64,000 nt of DNA from Lepidodermella squamata (taxonomy: Eukaryota; Animalia; Gastrotricha), in the NCBI GenBank assembly GCA_047495785.1, contig JBLDXI010000017.1, positions 1,488,001 through 1,552,000 of the forward strand, in the 5' to 3' direction. Made by a program: the position numbers and the translations under genes. Every line of letters starts with the position of its first letter. Positions within the stretch are counted from its first letter, which is position 1. The notes beneath the pieces were generated by a model. That model was given only the letters and a program-made list of their open reading frames with translations. It was not told where the DNA came from and made no database searches. Positions 1 to 12,300 of this stretch are shown piece by piece.

Positions 1-1283
1 TCCAAAGTCTGAAATACAAAGACAGTTTCACTTGATTTTAAGGCTTCTTTTGATTGAAGAAACTCACCACAACCCTATTATCACCACGGGCGCCATCGAA
101 TTCGTCATCACGAGACAAGAGAGACGAGGACAAAGTCCCGCGAGCCGGATCTCTGAATCGATTCGCAACTGAAGAAATGGCTGCAATCCACTGATTTCTG
201 AAATCACATTTCAATTTAAGGTCAATCAGTTCGCAAATATTGACAATTCTTTCAGCTTTAAATTTTATGGATTATTTTGACCCAATTATGACCTCCAAAT
301 ATAAGCGCAAATGTAGCGCGCCACAGTTGTTTTAATTAACAATTCATTTCGCCTATCCGTAAAACGCATTTCTTATGCTTAACATTCTCACACCTTGAGC
401 GGCTCAAGTATAGGGCTGTTTTACTCAGGGCTTTTAAAGCTCATATCGAATAGTCGAGTAATTTTTTCTTTTCTTTATATTATTATTATTACCGTTCTTC
501 CGGGGTATCTGTGCTGAAAGTTCTTTCGACAACCGTGGTAAATTGCAGCCCCCGTACAATGAAGGTATTGGCACGAGGTCTGTCAGCTTTCATGATCTGG
601 CATCCTTTCACGGTGAAATTGTTCAACGGATCGGTGTTGTGGCCTGGGTCCGGTTTTGCTCGAAACCCGTAAAAAGTGCCGTCGCTGCGAAGGACGAAAT
701 ATCGCGGTCGCCAATTTCGTATGTGTTCACCTAGAAAATAGCCACAGTGTATAACATCAAAAACAAACAAAATTGCATTGTTCTTGTGAGCAAATAAAAT
801 AAAAATTCGCCTTATCATTTATGTTGAATAATTTATGAGCAGACAGGAGCAACTTCGAGACGCTATTGACTATATGTCAGTACAATGCGCAGTGGCTGCA
901 GCGACCTCAAATGGTTCTCGTTTCATGGGGGAAGGTATATGAGCTGGTATTGGGCTCAATGCATCTAATTACATTCTTGCAATGCAAGTATGTGATAAAT
1001 ACAGGTTTGCATTTCGCATAGACGAAAAAGTCGATAAAGATCGTTATTGTACGACGAGCGAGCTCAATTCTCTGAGTGCTCTAGAATAACTTTATTTGCT
1101 CAATTTCAGGCGACTTCAGAGCCCGAATGTGAAAAACGTCGACTAATTAATTCAATGCGTAAACATACCTCTTTTATGAAGCCAGCCTTCTTTTACCACT
1201 GTAGTATTTGCTGTGATTAAAGGCGTGGCGCCTGCAGCTGTGCTAGCTGCAGGAACCTCACCGGGAGAATTTCTCGTGGCCAT
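1..1283 (-). CDS. AKT: AKT/PKB kinase, 5' part (PH domain and linker); continues beyond the window start. Exons 1283-1169, 730-493, 197-68, 8-1
   Basis: Spliced translation MATRNSP...[33 protein letters not shown]...PLNNFTV...[22 protein letters not shown]...[10 protein letters not shown] matches the AKT PH domain. GT-AG junctions keep the frame. Confidence 0.95.
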
Positions 1284-3605
1284 TCAATATATTATCAATC
1301 GTAATTTCTGGAAGAAAAAATTAAAACATAGTAAACGATGACGCGACAAGTTGTCGGTTATAAAATCATATTAGTATCAATAACCGAACCGTAAGCGTGC
1401 CGCAACTACAGTGTGAAATAACCTAATCATCAACATAACGGCCATTCTTGGGCGTACAATCAAATCAGCTTAGCAAAAATCGATTAGAGCGTACACATGC
1501 TCACATTGGAAAATACTGCGAAGAGCTTCTACCAAATTTGTCCACTGGAGCGCGACGCATAAAGGCATAATGGGAGTTTTTATCGAAGATGGGTATAATC
1601 AAATTGACCATAGTCGAAATAATATTTATCTAAAATGTTATCAGTTCGGCGGCGCCATGTCATTTGAAAAAAACATGTCACTGAACGCTAAGAAGGTTTC
1701 TGACGTCAGCCGAATCAAATATATGTGGATCAGTAACAACTTGGAGCACCAGTAAAATTAGCAGTGAAATTGACCTACTTAGGGATCCGTCGACATTGAT
1801 GATTCATTGTCGGGAATTCGATTTGATTATTGAAGTCCGAAGAATTTAAAAGGAAAATCTGCAGAGCTAAAGTCTATTTTCAAGAGTCCAACTGGGCCAT
1901 ATTGAAGGAATAGATAAATCTAAAATCCTACAGTAAAACCCTGCTTTCCCACTTGGAAAAAACATCATCCGGTTTATATAGCGCTGCCAGCTTTCAATTG
2001 ACGCCGATAGATAACCAGAGGTTGGCAGTTGAAATGAAATAAGAATTAGCGCTTGAATATGAATATTGAAACGAGAAACGAGGGGTTGAAGCTCTTAGTA
2101 CAGCTCTTAGTACAGTTTAAAAAATAAACACGTTCTCATGAGACAGAAGCTATAGATATCTCATTTGCAAGACAATAACTGGCCTGAAGCCTAAACAGCA
2201 GGCATAAACTAGCATGGATAAAGCAACGGATGGGTCTAATTGTGTGTTAGTTGTCTAGTTAGAAGACGTGGATGCGAAGAATCAATGGGTAGCATGTTAA
2301 ATTTGTCCATGTCAACGCTGTGTGTTCATAAATATTTCCCGGTGGAAATTATTATGAGGCAATGCTCAAGAGAACACATTCCGTAGATTCCGTGGAAATC
2401 AGTTGCCCTACAGATCTAAAATGATCAGCAAACGGCTTAAGGATCAGGCAGCTCGAATAAATGAAATGAAGGGCACATGCACGGTGCCATTGCAGGATAA
2501 GTAACTATGATTTGGCCGTCAAAATGATGAGCAACTTTTCCATATCTACAACCAGGCTGAAATGTCTATCTATGAGCTCATGCGACAATAAATAAGGTCT
2601 CGAATGCATTCAAATTCAACAGGGTAAGCAGGGAAAGCAAGGGAAAAATTGCTATCTAGTCTCCTACGCTTCAAACTTAAAACATTGGCAAAAGTCACAC
2701 TTTCACACTTGTCAATGAAAAGCAAAACTCTATAACAAACTCTTGTTTACGGGAACGCACCCAGATTCATAGGTATTACAACTCATCACCGTGTACCGTA
2801 GTACTACAGCACTCCACTGGTTTCGGTTCTAGGTTCTAGGTACGAACGATGTTTTTTTGCGTTGCGTCTTAGCTTCTTCCCGCTTAAACGACAGAAAAAA
2901 ACAAGCTAAAAATTACAAAATAAATTCTAGAGAGCAAAAACCTTTCATAAAATATGCTAACCTTTGTATCAAAAGGAATAAATAACATTTTCTGTGAAAA
3001 TTTTCAAGCAGGCACGTGGTCCTCATAAGTAGGTCGTTACAGAAATCGGTGATGATTTCAGGCTGGCGCATGAGCAGCCGGTTGTGGTGAGTAAAGTCTT
3101 TCTTGGGTCCCACTTTTATTGTTGTCGTGGCGGCAGACGCGTCTAGAATCATCCAGGACCAACTCATCTTTCAGCATTTTCGCATGACCTTATTTGTTGA
3201 TGGATGGACGACAAATTCTGCGGTACCAAAATCCAAAATTAAAGAGTGAGGTGAATACTTGTGCAAGGAATATATTTGGAATAGATCCGAATAGGCTGTG
3301 GTGCTTTCATATTCCCTTGATAGGAGCGGATAGAAATTTAATCCGCTTGCATTAATGCTCTGATAACCGTAAAGAGCTTATCGCAACACATTAGTTAGTT
3401 TATTGAGCATGGTTTTGTAATTTTTGACTTGCCATCAATGATTTCAGAGACTTTTTGAGTTAGACTGCTTAATTAGCTGTTGATAGCCATAATATTTGCA
3501 TGAATAAGAGCAATATTTAATTTTATTTGAGATTGGTATTTATATCCATAACGGAGCACAGACTTTCGTACTTGATCAAAAGGTATTTTTGCGCTAGTGA
3601 GGTTC

Positions 3606-4604
3606 ATGAGTTTCCATTATTATAATTACTACGATGACGACAGTGATGCCGAGGAAGATAATGCATCCGAAAGGTATTCTACCTTATCTAATGTAAAATA
3701 TTTTATTCATGAGTTGCGTTGAAGCTCCAGTGATGGAATTGGGGTTCCTGATGACATCGTCCTATCGGACGGTGCAACAGGTGGCAAAAGACGATTTCGA
3801 TTAGAAAAGCCGCGCAGTCGAAGCTCTAGCCGTGAGAGCGCACATATTCGTAGTTCAGCAGAATCGGCCAATCCGGAAAATACTTCTAGTGCATCTGGAA
3901 TAGAAGATGACATGGAAAGAGAATTGAATGAAACTTTGCGTGAAGCTCAAGCGGAGTATCATCGACAGATCGGGACTGATAACCCACCGAATAATAATGT
4001 TACCGCGATTGTCAAGTCAGATCCTTCAAAAGATGTCGCTAAGAAAAAATACGATGACATTTACTTCGATTCTGACGAAGAGGACGGCGCCGCAAATACG
4101 CAACGAACTGTCAAATCGAATGACGAACTGTTCTACGATCCCGATATGGATGACGCTGATTCCAAGTGGATGGATAAAATTCGGAGACAATATCAAGCTC
4201 CTATTCAGAATCCCACTGGGCAAGGTGCATCTGATCAATCAAAAGCCGCTCCATTGCCTAACAGTGATGCAGTTCTTAATTGTCCCGCATGTATGTCTCT
4301 GCTTTGCGTGGATTGTCAACGACACGAACTTTACTCGCATCAATACCGGGCAATGTTTGTGTTCAATTGTAAAATCGACCGTGAACAACCGATGAAATAC
4401 TCTGAAAAAGGCCCAAAATCAGCCCCGGCGCGTAAATCGCGAAAACGTGCTCATCAAGAAGCCTCCTCTTCATCAGACGCTCCCTCCTCAAGCCAAGGCG
4501 ACTTGTATTGCCCGGTTCATTGCAAAGTCTGCAACACGTGCGTTGCAATGTTTGATACCGATGAGGTCTATCATTTCTTCAACGTCCTTGCCAGTCATTC
4601 CTAA
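3606..4604 (+). CDS. EAPP: E2F-associated phosphoprotein; exons 3606-3673 and 3725-4604
   Basis: Motifs NDELFYDPDMDDADSKW, SDAVLNCPACMSLLCVDCQRHELYSHQYRAMFVFNC and PVHCKVCNTCVAMFDTDEVYHFFNVLASH are typical of EAPP. The short upstream exon splices in frame. Confidence 0.93.
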
Positions 4605-4718
4605 TTTAAAATGGATCTTTCAAGTTCACTCCACTTTTTATATTCGGTGAATTGAATATTTCGATAGAAAAATAATGAATAATTTACAGATGTGCTTGAT
4701 TATGTAGATATTTTACAA

Positions 4719-7700
4719 ATGCTTCTCAAATTGCTGCGCGGAGCCACGCGTTTTGGATGTCGCTGCAAAAGTTCTCAATCTTCCAGCGCGGCTTTTGGCT
4801 TTGAGGAAGTCCACAATGACGAAAATTCAACACTGACTCGAATAACAACGCCGCAACGCATGGATGACACAATTAGACGGCGGCTTGTGTCCCGCCAATT
4901 GCAAGAAGCTGAAGGTGAAAGAAGGCGAAGACTCGGCACTCCGATAATAGCATGTTCCAGACCTGCCTATAATTTGTACAAAGGTCGCCAAACTTGGTCG
5001 AAAACCACACCAATTACAACACTGGCATCTCATGGTTGGAAAAATATGAGGTCTAAGGGTGATCAATTTACGATAAATGCTTTCAGCAAACGTGATTTTT
5101 TCTTGAAATCGGAGAAAGATGATTCGGACACCATCACCTTTTCAAGTCTTTCTGCCATAAGTCCCAAAATTTCCGATTGTCTGAGTTCAAAATTCGAGAT
5201 AAATCGCATGACTAATATACAAGAATTGGTTATTCCATCGATATTGCGCGGCGATAACGTTCAGTTTGCGTCTGAAAACGGTTCTGGCAAAACTCTTGCT
5301 TATTTAATTCCGCTGGCTCAACTTTCTATGGAATCAAGTGGCCATTCAGTCATTCTAGTTCCTGGGCGGGAGCTTGTCGGCCAGGTTTCGAGAATAATTC
5401 AGCATATGAATCTCCCGTTTTTCAATGATTCGAATGTAACTGTCACAACACCCCTCACTTTCCTGAGAAACTTCGACGAAACTCGAGATGTCAAGCATTT
5501 AGTTGTTGATGACGCTGATACGTTGCTAGACGATAGTTTTGCAAAATCCGTCGGTGATGTTTTCAATATTTGGTCCGAGAGCGAGCAAAAACCGCAAGTG
5601 ATTTTTGCCTCGGCGACGCTGCCAACTGCTTTAACCGAAGTTGTTGGACGCTATTTTTCTGGCATTGACTTTGTGTCGTTGACAACTAAGCGAATCCATC
5701 GTCTTCCTTCGCACGTTTCGCACAAATTCATCCGATGCGGACCTTCTCAAAAAAGCGGTGAGTGATATTTTTCAGTAATATAATGCATCTAATGGCCCGG
5801 TTGATTCTGTTTGTCGTGGAACGTGAAGATTCTAAATAACTAATGAACTATTATCAAGATCGTAAAATCAGAAAAAAAATCGGTCTGATCTGATAAAATA
5901 AGTCGACTGTAGCGCAGAAATTTTGGTAAATCGTGCGCTTGGTTCGCAATATTCTGATGTGGTCTAATGCACAAAATTGCGCAGAATTTATTTGATTTTG
6001 TTTTTTTTTCCTGCTTTTTGCACCTTTTGCTGCGTTAATCACGCTTTGAAGCCTGCTACTTGCAGGGGACCCGGTAAAATTCTAAACATACCGCAAAATT
6101 AAAAAATCTAAACTAATGTGTTTTTCGTGGTTCATTGATTAAATTCAATGTTGTGAGGTTGTGTATGAATAGTGGAAGATCCTCCCGACGCTTCTGTTCG
6201 CTTCTGTTCGACGGATATTCCTAAATCGGAGTTCAGTTACAAATTGAAAAAAATGAATATACTTGCAGCAACCTTGAGGCACATTTGGCGACACTGAATA
6301 GATGAAGTGGAGTTCAGATGAGGAATTGTTCCCAATTTGCAAGCTTCTGGATAATTCTTTGGTACAAAACTATTAGGCACCATCTTCCCTCTGTTTTCTA
6401 ATGGTTGGTATTCTTTCCCTTGAGCCTGACCTATAATTTGGTCGAATATTTGAATATTTACGGTACATCTACCGTTCAAAAAGACTTTTGTCTTGGGCCA
6501 ATTTTCGATATTGCAGAAGGCAAGATGCAATAAAAACGGCTCCATTTGAACAAAAATCAGACGATGTTGTGAAGTTTGCGATTAGCGCAATGCGCATGCT
6601 CGATATCTTCGAATATTAAAATGTTGGCTGATGCAAATATAAATCCAAGAAATTAATTAGCAAATACGAAACATACCTGGAATTCGGTGACATGGATATG
6701 ACAAACGACACGACCGAATATCTGACGCTTGACGATGTCGTTGAGAATTTCTTTCAATTTCAACCGAAACACTCTTGCGCACAGATCGGGTCGATCTGAC
6801 GCCTCTTCACTGACTTTTCTGACGGCTCTTAGAGATTTCACGCTTGTAACACCGTTAGAAGTTAACATTCGTTAATTTGGCGTACCTTAAGTACTACCTT
6901 AAGTGGTGTCAATTTCGACTGATCCAACATTTTTTATTTCGAGCTTCGCTGCCCCTTCCAAAACTGTCACCATGGGAGCCAAGACCGAAAGGATTTCTCG
7001 TCTGCCATCCGACTTCCAGTGGTCGCATACTATCGTACACTTTTCGCACGATTTTACGCCCGCTCCTGCAGCAAGTTGTAACATGTGATCCATTTAAGCG
7101 GTTCAGCCGGATAACAGACTTTAGAAATTATACTTGCTCACTGGGTCTCGGCGAGCACCAATTTGAAAAGATGAATTAATGAGAGTGAGATGACTAAAAA
7201 ATAATGGCCGTATTTGCATGCGGTTATTTCGGTTAATACCACGGTTCTAGCGACCGGCGAACCGAACTCGGTTATTTTTTAACCGCGGCATCTCTACCCC
7301 GAGTTACGAACCAGCTCCTTCTGAAATTAAGGGATAGCCATATAATTGTATTTATGTGCCATTTCAAAATCGAAGATAGCAGAATGCGAAAATTGTCAGC
7401 ATTTTCACCTTTTTTACATCGCAAAACCGATGAGCACTGTGGCGAAAATATTAAAATACGTGAAAATGTTAAAAAGTAGTTGGCAATTTCGATTCCTCAT
7501 TATCATGCAATATTATCGCAATAATCAGGAAAAATTTAAAATTTCGCATTGTTATTCCCCATAGTCTTCGCCTGCATATCATTTCTGGGTGTTGAAGTTC
7601 ACCAAAAGGGCTCGAGAGCTCTAGACTTATTTTCACTGGCTGAATTTATTCAATGATCTACCAATATTATTATCTATTTTCCTTTATTTAGAATTGATAG

Positions 7701-8305
7701 TCCAGCTGGTGCGAAAAGTTCGAAATTCGCCTGTGATTGTTTTCTGCAACAAAGCCCCAGCCGTAACCTACGTCGTTCATCAACTGATCGAAAACGGCAT
7801 TCCAGCTGAAAACATAGCCGCTCTTGAAGGCCGCATGCCGGGCGAGGAGCGTGATGCGCAGTGGAACGCCTTCAAAACCGGTCAACGGTCAATTCTAGTC
7901 GCAACCGATCTGGCATCGCGCGGACTAGACACGCCTCATGTTCGGCACGTCATTAATTTCGACATGCCTCGGCAAGTTTCCGACTACCTGCATCGATCGG
8001 GAAGACTCGGCCGAGCTTGCCCGGTGGCAACCAGCGCGAATTATCTGGTTACGAGTTTGGTTACTTACCCTGCGGACGTTGAACTGGTTTGGCAGTTGGA
8101 AGGCGCGGCTCGGCGGGCGGCTTCGGGTGCGCCCGAAACGCCGCTGCCAGATGTGGACGCGAACATCAAGCGGCAACTCGTTCAACTGCAGCAACAGCGC
8201 GAATTAGCCGCCGAAAATGCGCAGCGAGATGATGAAACCGAAGCTCCGCTGCCTTTTCCACGCAAGTTTTTCGGCGACTCGAACGACGAAATTTTTACGA
8301 AATGA
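4719..8305 (+). CDS. DDX28: DEAD-box RNA helicase, DDX28-like (mitochondrial); exons 4719-5757 and 7692-8305
   Basis: Presequence-like N-terminus and LASHGWKN..SKGDQFTI segment; Q motif, GSGKT, D-D-A-D, SAT, ATDLASRGLD and YLHRSGRLGR. Donor G|gtgagt and acceptor tttag|AA are in phase. Confidence 0.88.
6677..6805 (-). mobile_element. Helitron Rep (rolling-circle initiator) fragment inside the DDX28 intron
   Basis: Translation SDRPDLCARVFRLKLKEILNDIVKRQIFGRVVCHIHVTEFQ matches the Helitron Rep block that precedes EFQKRGLPHxH. Confidence 0.85.
7220..7296 (-). mobile_element. Orphan hAT-like transposon end
   Basis: The minus strand starts TAGAGATGCCGCGGTT, followed by clustered CGGTT/AACCG subterminal motifs like those of the 28152-28965 element. 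No partner end was found. Confidence 0.45.
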
Positions 8306-8349
8306 ACATTATATTTGGGACATTCTATTTTTTAAGCTGCCTCTTCGGT

Positions 8350-8426
8350 AGCCAGTTTCCATCGTGTGTATCTCGGACTGTACTTTTTTACTGATTAAAA
8401 TTCTGAGATCAGGGTGAAAACTGGCC
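8350..8426 (+). ncRNA. bantam: bantam-family pre-miRNA copy 1; predicted mature 3p ~8404-8426 UGAGAUCAGGGUGAAAACUGGCC
   Basis: The 3' arm starts with UGAGAUCA and contains UGAAAACUG, as in bantam. The 5' arm gccagtttcc...atctcgga is complementary. Confidence 0.85.
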
Positions 8427-8539
8427 ATGAAACAGGCTTAATCGGCTTTTATTGAAAGAATCAACTTTTTAAGCTGGACTTTTTAAAATGTGTGCAATTT
8501 TAATATTTCCTTTTTATTTCCAATCATGCAACACACGAC

Positions 8540-8628
8540 AGTCGGTTCTCACCGTGCATCTCTGACTTGATTTATTCATCTGCTATTTCCGGCGAGAAAA
8601 GTGTCTGAGATCAAGGTGAAAACTGGCC
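8540..8628 (+). ncRNA. bantam: bantam-family pre-miRNA copy 2; mature ~8606-8628 UGAGAUCAAGGUGAAAACUGGCC
   Basis: The 5' arm gtcggttctcaccgtgcatctctgac pairs with the 3' arm across a long loop of about 35 nt. Confidence 0.85.
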
Positions 8629-9093
8629 GCCGTTTTTGTTCCGGTTCCGATGAACAGCAGTGATTTTTTGCTGAAGGCCGATCACGCCACCATTTTAGCT
8701 GCTCAGTGCAAAGCAATTTCGGACAGATTTTTTGCAGTGGTTGCTGCGTAGCTGTTTTTGTTTTCGACGGCGACACAGGGCCTAATTAGGTTGATCAGAG
8801 CCGACCCAGCCGCTGCGACCCAGAAAAAAATCGGTCACAGGGCGCGGCGTGTGGACTTATTATTACTCGAACGTCAGCAATTATTACGAACACGCCGCTC
8901 GCGTTTCGAAAAGCACGTTGCACACATCACATTCGACCACGCCACGTGTCGTTTAAAAGTGCGCAGTCAAACACACAGATTCGTCATTCGTCTTTTTGCC
9001 TCGATAAATCGCAAATCATTTTGCTACTGTCGCGACAAATCGCGGACCAGTATTTTTGCCTCTCGACTATCATAACAGCTTAGCTGTCAGCCT

Positions 9094-9170
9094 GTCGGTT
9101 TTCACCTTGCATCTGGGACGGAAATTCCTAGCGATTTCACAACTGTCTGAGATCAAAGTGAAAACTGGCT
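9094..9170 (+). ncRNA. bantam: bantam-family pre-miRNA copy 3; mature ~9148-9170 UGAGAUCAAAGUGAAAACUGGCU
   Basis: The 5' arm gtcggttttcaccttgcatctgggac pairs with the 3' arm and resembles the CGGUUUUC start of bantam star strands. Confidence 0.87.
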
Positions 9171-9252
9171 GGTGTCAGTTATTTCAATAAGGTAGCGGTA
9201 TTTAAAATTTCACATTTTATTGTTACAGTTTTCAGTTCTGATCAAAATGTTT

Positions 9253-9319
9253 GTCGGTTTTCTCTTGGTCCATCTCGGATGTGTTGTAAATCAGTCTGAG
9301 ATCTGAGTGAGAACTGGCT
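9253..9319 (+). ncRNA. bantam: bantam-family pre-miRNA copy 4 (position-8 variant); mature ~9297-9319 UGAGAUCUGAGUGAGAACUGGCU
   Basis: The 5' arm gtcggttttctcttggtccatctcgga pairs with the 3' arm; same architecture as copies 1-3. Confidence 0.8.
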
Positions 9320-12300
9320 AACAACAGATCTAAGCGGCATTTGTCATTCACACTATTTCCGGATGTTCGTTACGCTCTGCATGCTCGGCTCACCTTCGGC
9401 CCGCCGGGCATGCGGGTAACACCCAGACGCGTCGTAAAATTAGAACTGAGCTAGGCCGCGGATAATCTTTCGCGTGTGTCGGCCGCGCCTTTGAAAGTGC
9501 GGTATGAAAACGGATTATCGCATTTTTGCGAAACGCACCGCGTCGTAAAATTTTCAAGCGCGCGGCTCTCAAGCCATAAAACGCAAACCCATTTAACTAC
9601 ACACTCATCACGCGCGTTGAGTGGCAAAATTCCGCGGAGATTGACGTTAGAAACTCGACATTTTTGACACTCACACCAACAACGGCGAATTGCTAAACTG
9701 AGCCGATTAGCCAACGATGAGTCCTATCAATTGCTACATCGCCCAGCCTTTGTTCTCGCAGCGCCCGGGTTCGAGTGGGAACTACTGCGCTAGACGATTC
9801 TAATCCAGTGAGTCGTTGCGGGAGGCACGGCGACAATGAGGGTGGGGTATTGAGATTTTATTTTCCTTTTCTTTCTTTGAAATTTACTTGAGATCGATGA
9901 GGTAATGATGATGATGAAAAAATTGATAAACGTGTTTCACAGCGTGAGGTGGCTGTTTACGCTCCAGCTTAAAACTTGTCGCGACGACACACGCAGCCAC
10001 TTGAAATCAACTTGTTTATTTTTCGAGATAACACAAACATCGACAGATTTGCAGCACCGATAGTGACCCGGACATGTTTGCGCCCCAGATTATTTTTTGC
10101 TGAAAGTGAAATGATTTGTTATGACGCAGCTCAGTGTCAGATAAACACCATAATCCGGACGCTAATTTGATAGCAAAACTTTGACCCGAATTTTGAGTGA
10201 CCTACTTAACGGTTGGGCGCCGCAATAAAATCGAACACGATTGATGGCTGTGGCTGGTTGCTGTCAGGGGCCGGCCTTCCGAAACAGCGAAACATAAAAC
10301 GGGTTTAATTACCCCTTGACCACCACGGTTTGGCGGGAGTAGCCGGGGCCGGAAGACGGCGACAAGCCTGGCTAATTACGGCGGGGTTTGATAACCAGCC
10401 AAAAAGGCGTGCGTTGTTTACGATTGCAATTAGTAGCAGTTAAGGAGGCTGCTGCTGCCGCTGATACCTACCTCGTGGGCGGGTTTGTTTTGACACAAGA
10501 TAACACAGCCGTCGTCTGAACTTTTACCGCCAACACTACCACGCGCGGCCCATGAGAACGCGAACAAATGTCAAAGGACCACTACCTGTGAACTCAATTA
10601 AGGTGGCTTGGCAACAACAACAACAAATAATTACTGCTTCTGACTGCGGAAAAAAAACACCTGAATTGATGCACAACAATTTTTTATTACTGTAATATTG
10701 ATGTAAATGTTCACATAATAATATTATGATTTTTGTTGACATACTGAAGCTCAGCAGATTCTTGCCGCCTTATACACAAAAACAAGAACTTCAGCACACA
10801 TAATTTTTCATTGTGAGGACCCGCGCTCAGAATAATGTTAGGTATTGCTTTTCGCGAATATAGACATGTATTTGCGATAATAATATCATATTACTAGTAA
10901 TTATGGAAACAGAAAAAATGAAATGAAACAATTCATTCCTTCAATCAGCAGTTATTCCACTCCAATATAGGGTATACACAGATTTGAGCTGAATAGATTA
11001 AGGCGGTTATAACTAGACTACAGAAGACATCAGACCGGATTTATGAGTTTGCAAAATTATGAACACCCTATCATCACTTATTTCCCCGATTTTTAAATAA
11101 GAGAGACAGATAGAGAGACAGTCAGCCAAAACAAAAAAACACAGTGAGCGAACAAAAACGACGACCTTAAATTACACGCAGTGATGAGAGACAAAAGCAG
11201 ACAACAATTTGTTCTTCGATCCTACTACACTGTTAAATTAACGAACGCGAATAATTTAATCGTGAGACGGAATTTCAGTTTTTCATCATATCGACTTGAA
11301 AATTGATACCATAATTGAAAATACAGGTGAATTCGTTGCGAAGTTATTTTTCATGCGAAGAAATCATCGAATGGGAACATGGAACTAATAAGGCGGATGG
11401 AATGGACATTATAGTTTATCAGAAGAATATAGATTTCTTTTTTTTGCAGCAGCAGATGGGGTCGATTAATAACGTTAGAATAAATTTTCAGGAAGAAGCG
11501 CGAAACTGGTGATGATTGTTAAGTAGTAGATTTTGTTTTTCTTGTTTAGAAGATTCGATTCCAACACATTTCAAGTAAATGCACAGAGCGTAAAATAAAA
11601 ATCACACAAGTTAGTTTTATATTAGACGCGTTATGTAGCAGAATATTATGGATTTTTTTACACACACTTTACGCAATAATATTAGATTCATGAATATATA
11701 TTTTGAATATATTTATATATAATATTTTTCAGTAATGGTACGAATAATAACAGTAATTTTTGTTAATGTGCGATTATTATATTATTATATTATACAAGAC
11801 AGGTGAAATGTTCGTAACGTATCGAATGTAGAAGTAAAAAGCGTTGCCGCCTTAAAATTTCACGGAAACTTCAAAGCTTCAACGTTTAAAAACCAGAATA
11901 TTTCGCCTTTTGTTTTACGGTGCCGTGTGGTGGCGGTGCAAAAGACAAAATTAACAACTCAACAAGAATAATGGTACACGAAGAATATATAGATTTCACA
12001 TCTTTTTGAAATTTGAAATATATCGGAATTAAATTTATCTGGAAAAACTCCGACGATACAAATTTTCGAACCCCTTCAACGCATATTTACACGAAAAAAC
12101 GACGACCCGTTTTATTACGAAGGGGTCAAAAAGAGCAGCTAACAATATAATATTTAGATTTATGTATCAATATATATCTCTATTGAATAATTTTCCATTA
12201 TATACACGTATAACACCGCCGTAAACGCCGCAAAAATTTAAGAAATGAGGAAGAAGACGGAGAAAAATATCATAATCAGATTGTGCGATTCTCATCAGAT

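Noticed and set aside
2089-2114. 12-bp tandem duplication agctcttagtac (similar micro-duplications at ~6883 and ~42827)
   Set aside because: Ordinary slippage or possible excision footprints, with no further structure.
6899-7093. Possible hAT transposase fragment (EILSVLAPMVTVLEG)
   Set aside because: The resemblance is too short to support without a search.
8350-9319. The repeated ~24-nt motif read as a CRISPR array or transposon TIRs
   Set aside because: Eukaryotic context, irregular spacing, and each copy pairs with its own upstream arm and carries the bantam seed; miRNA hairpins explain it better.
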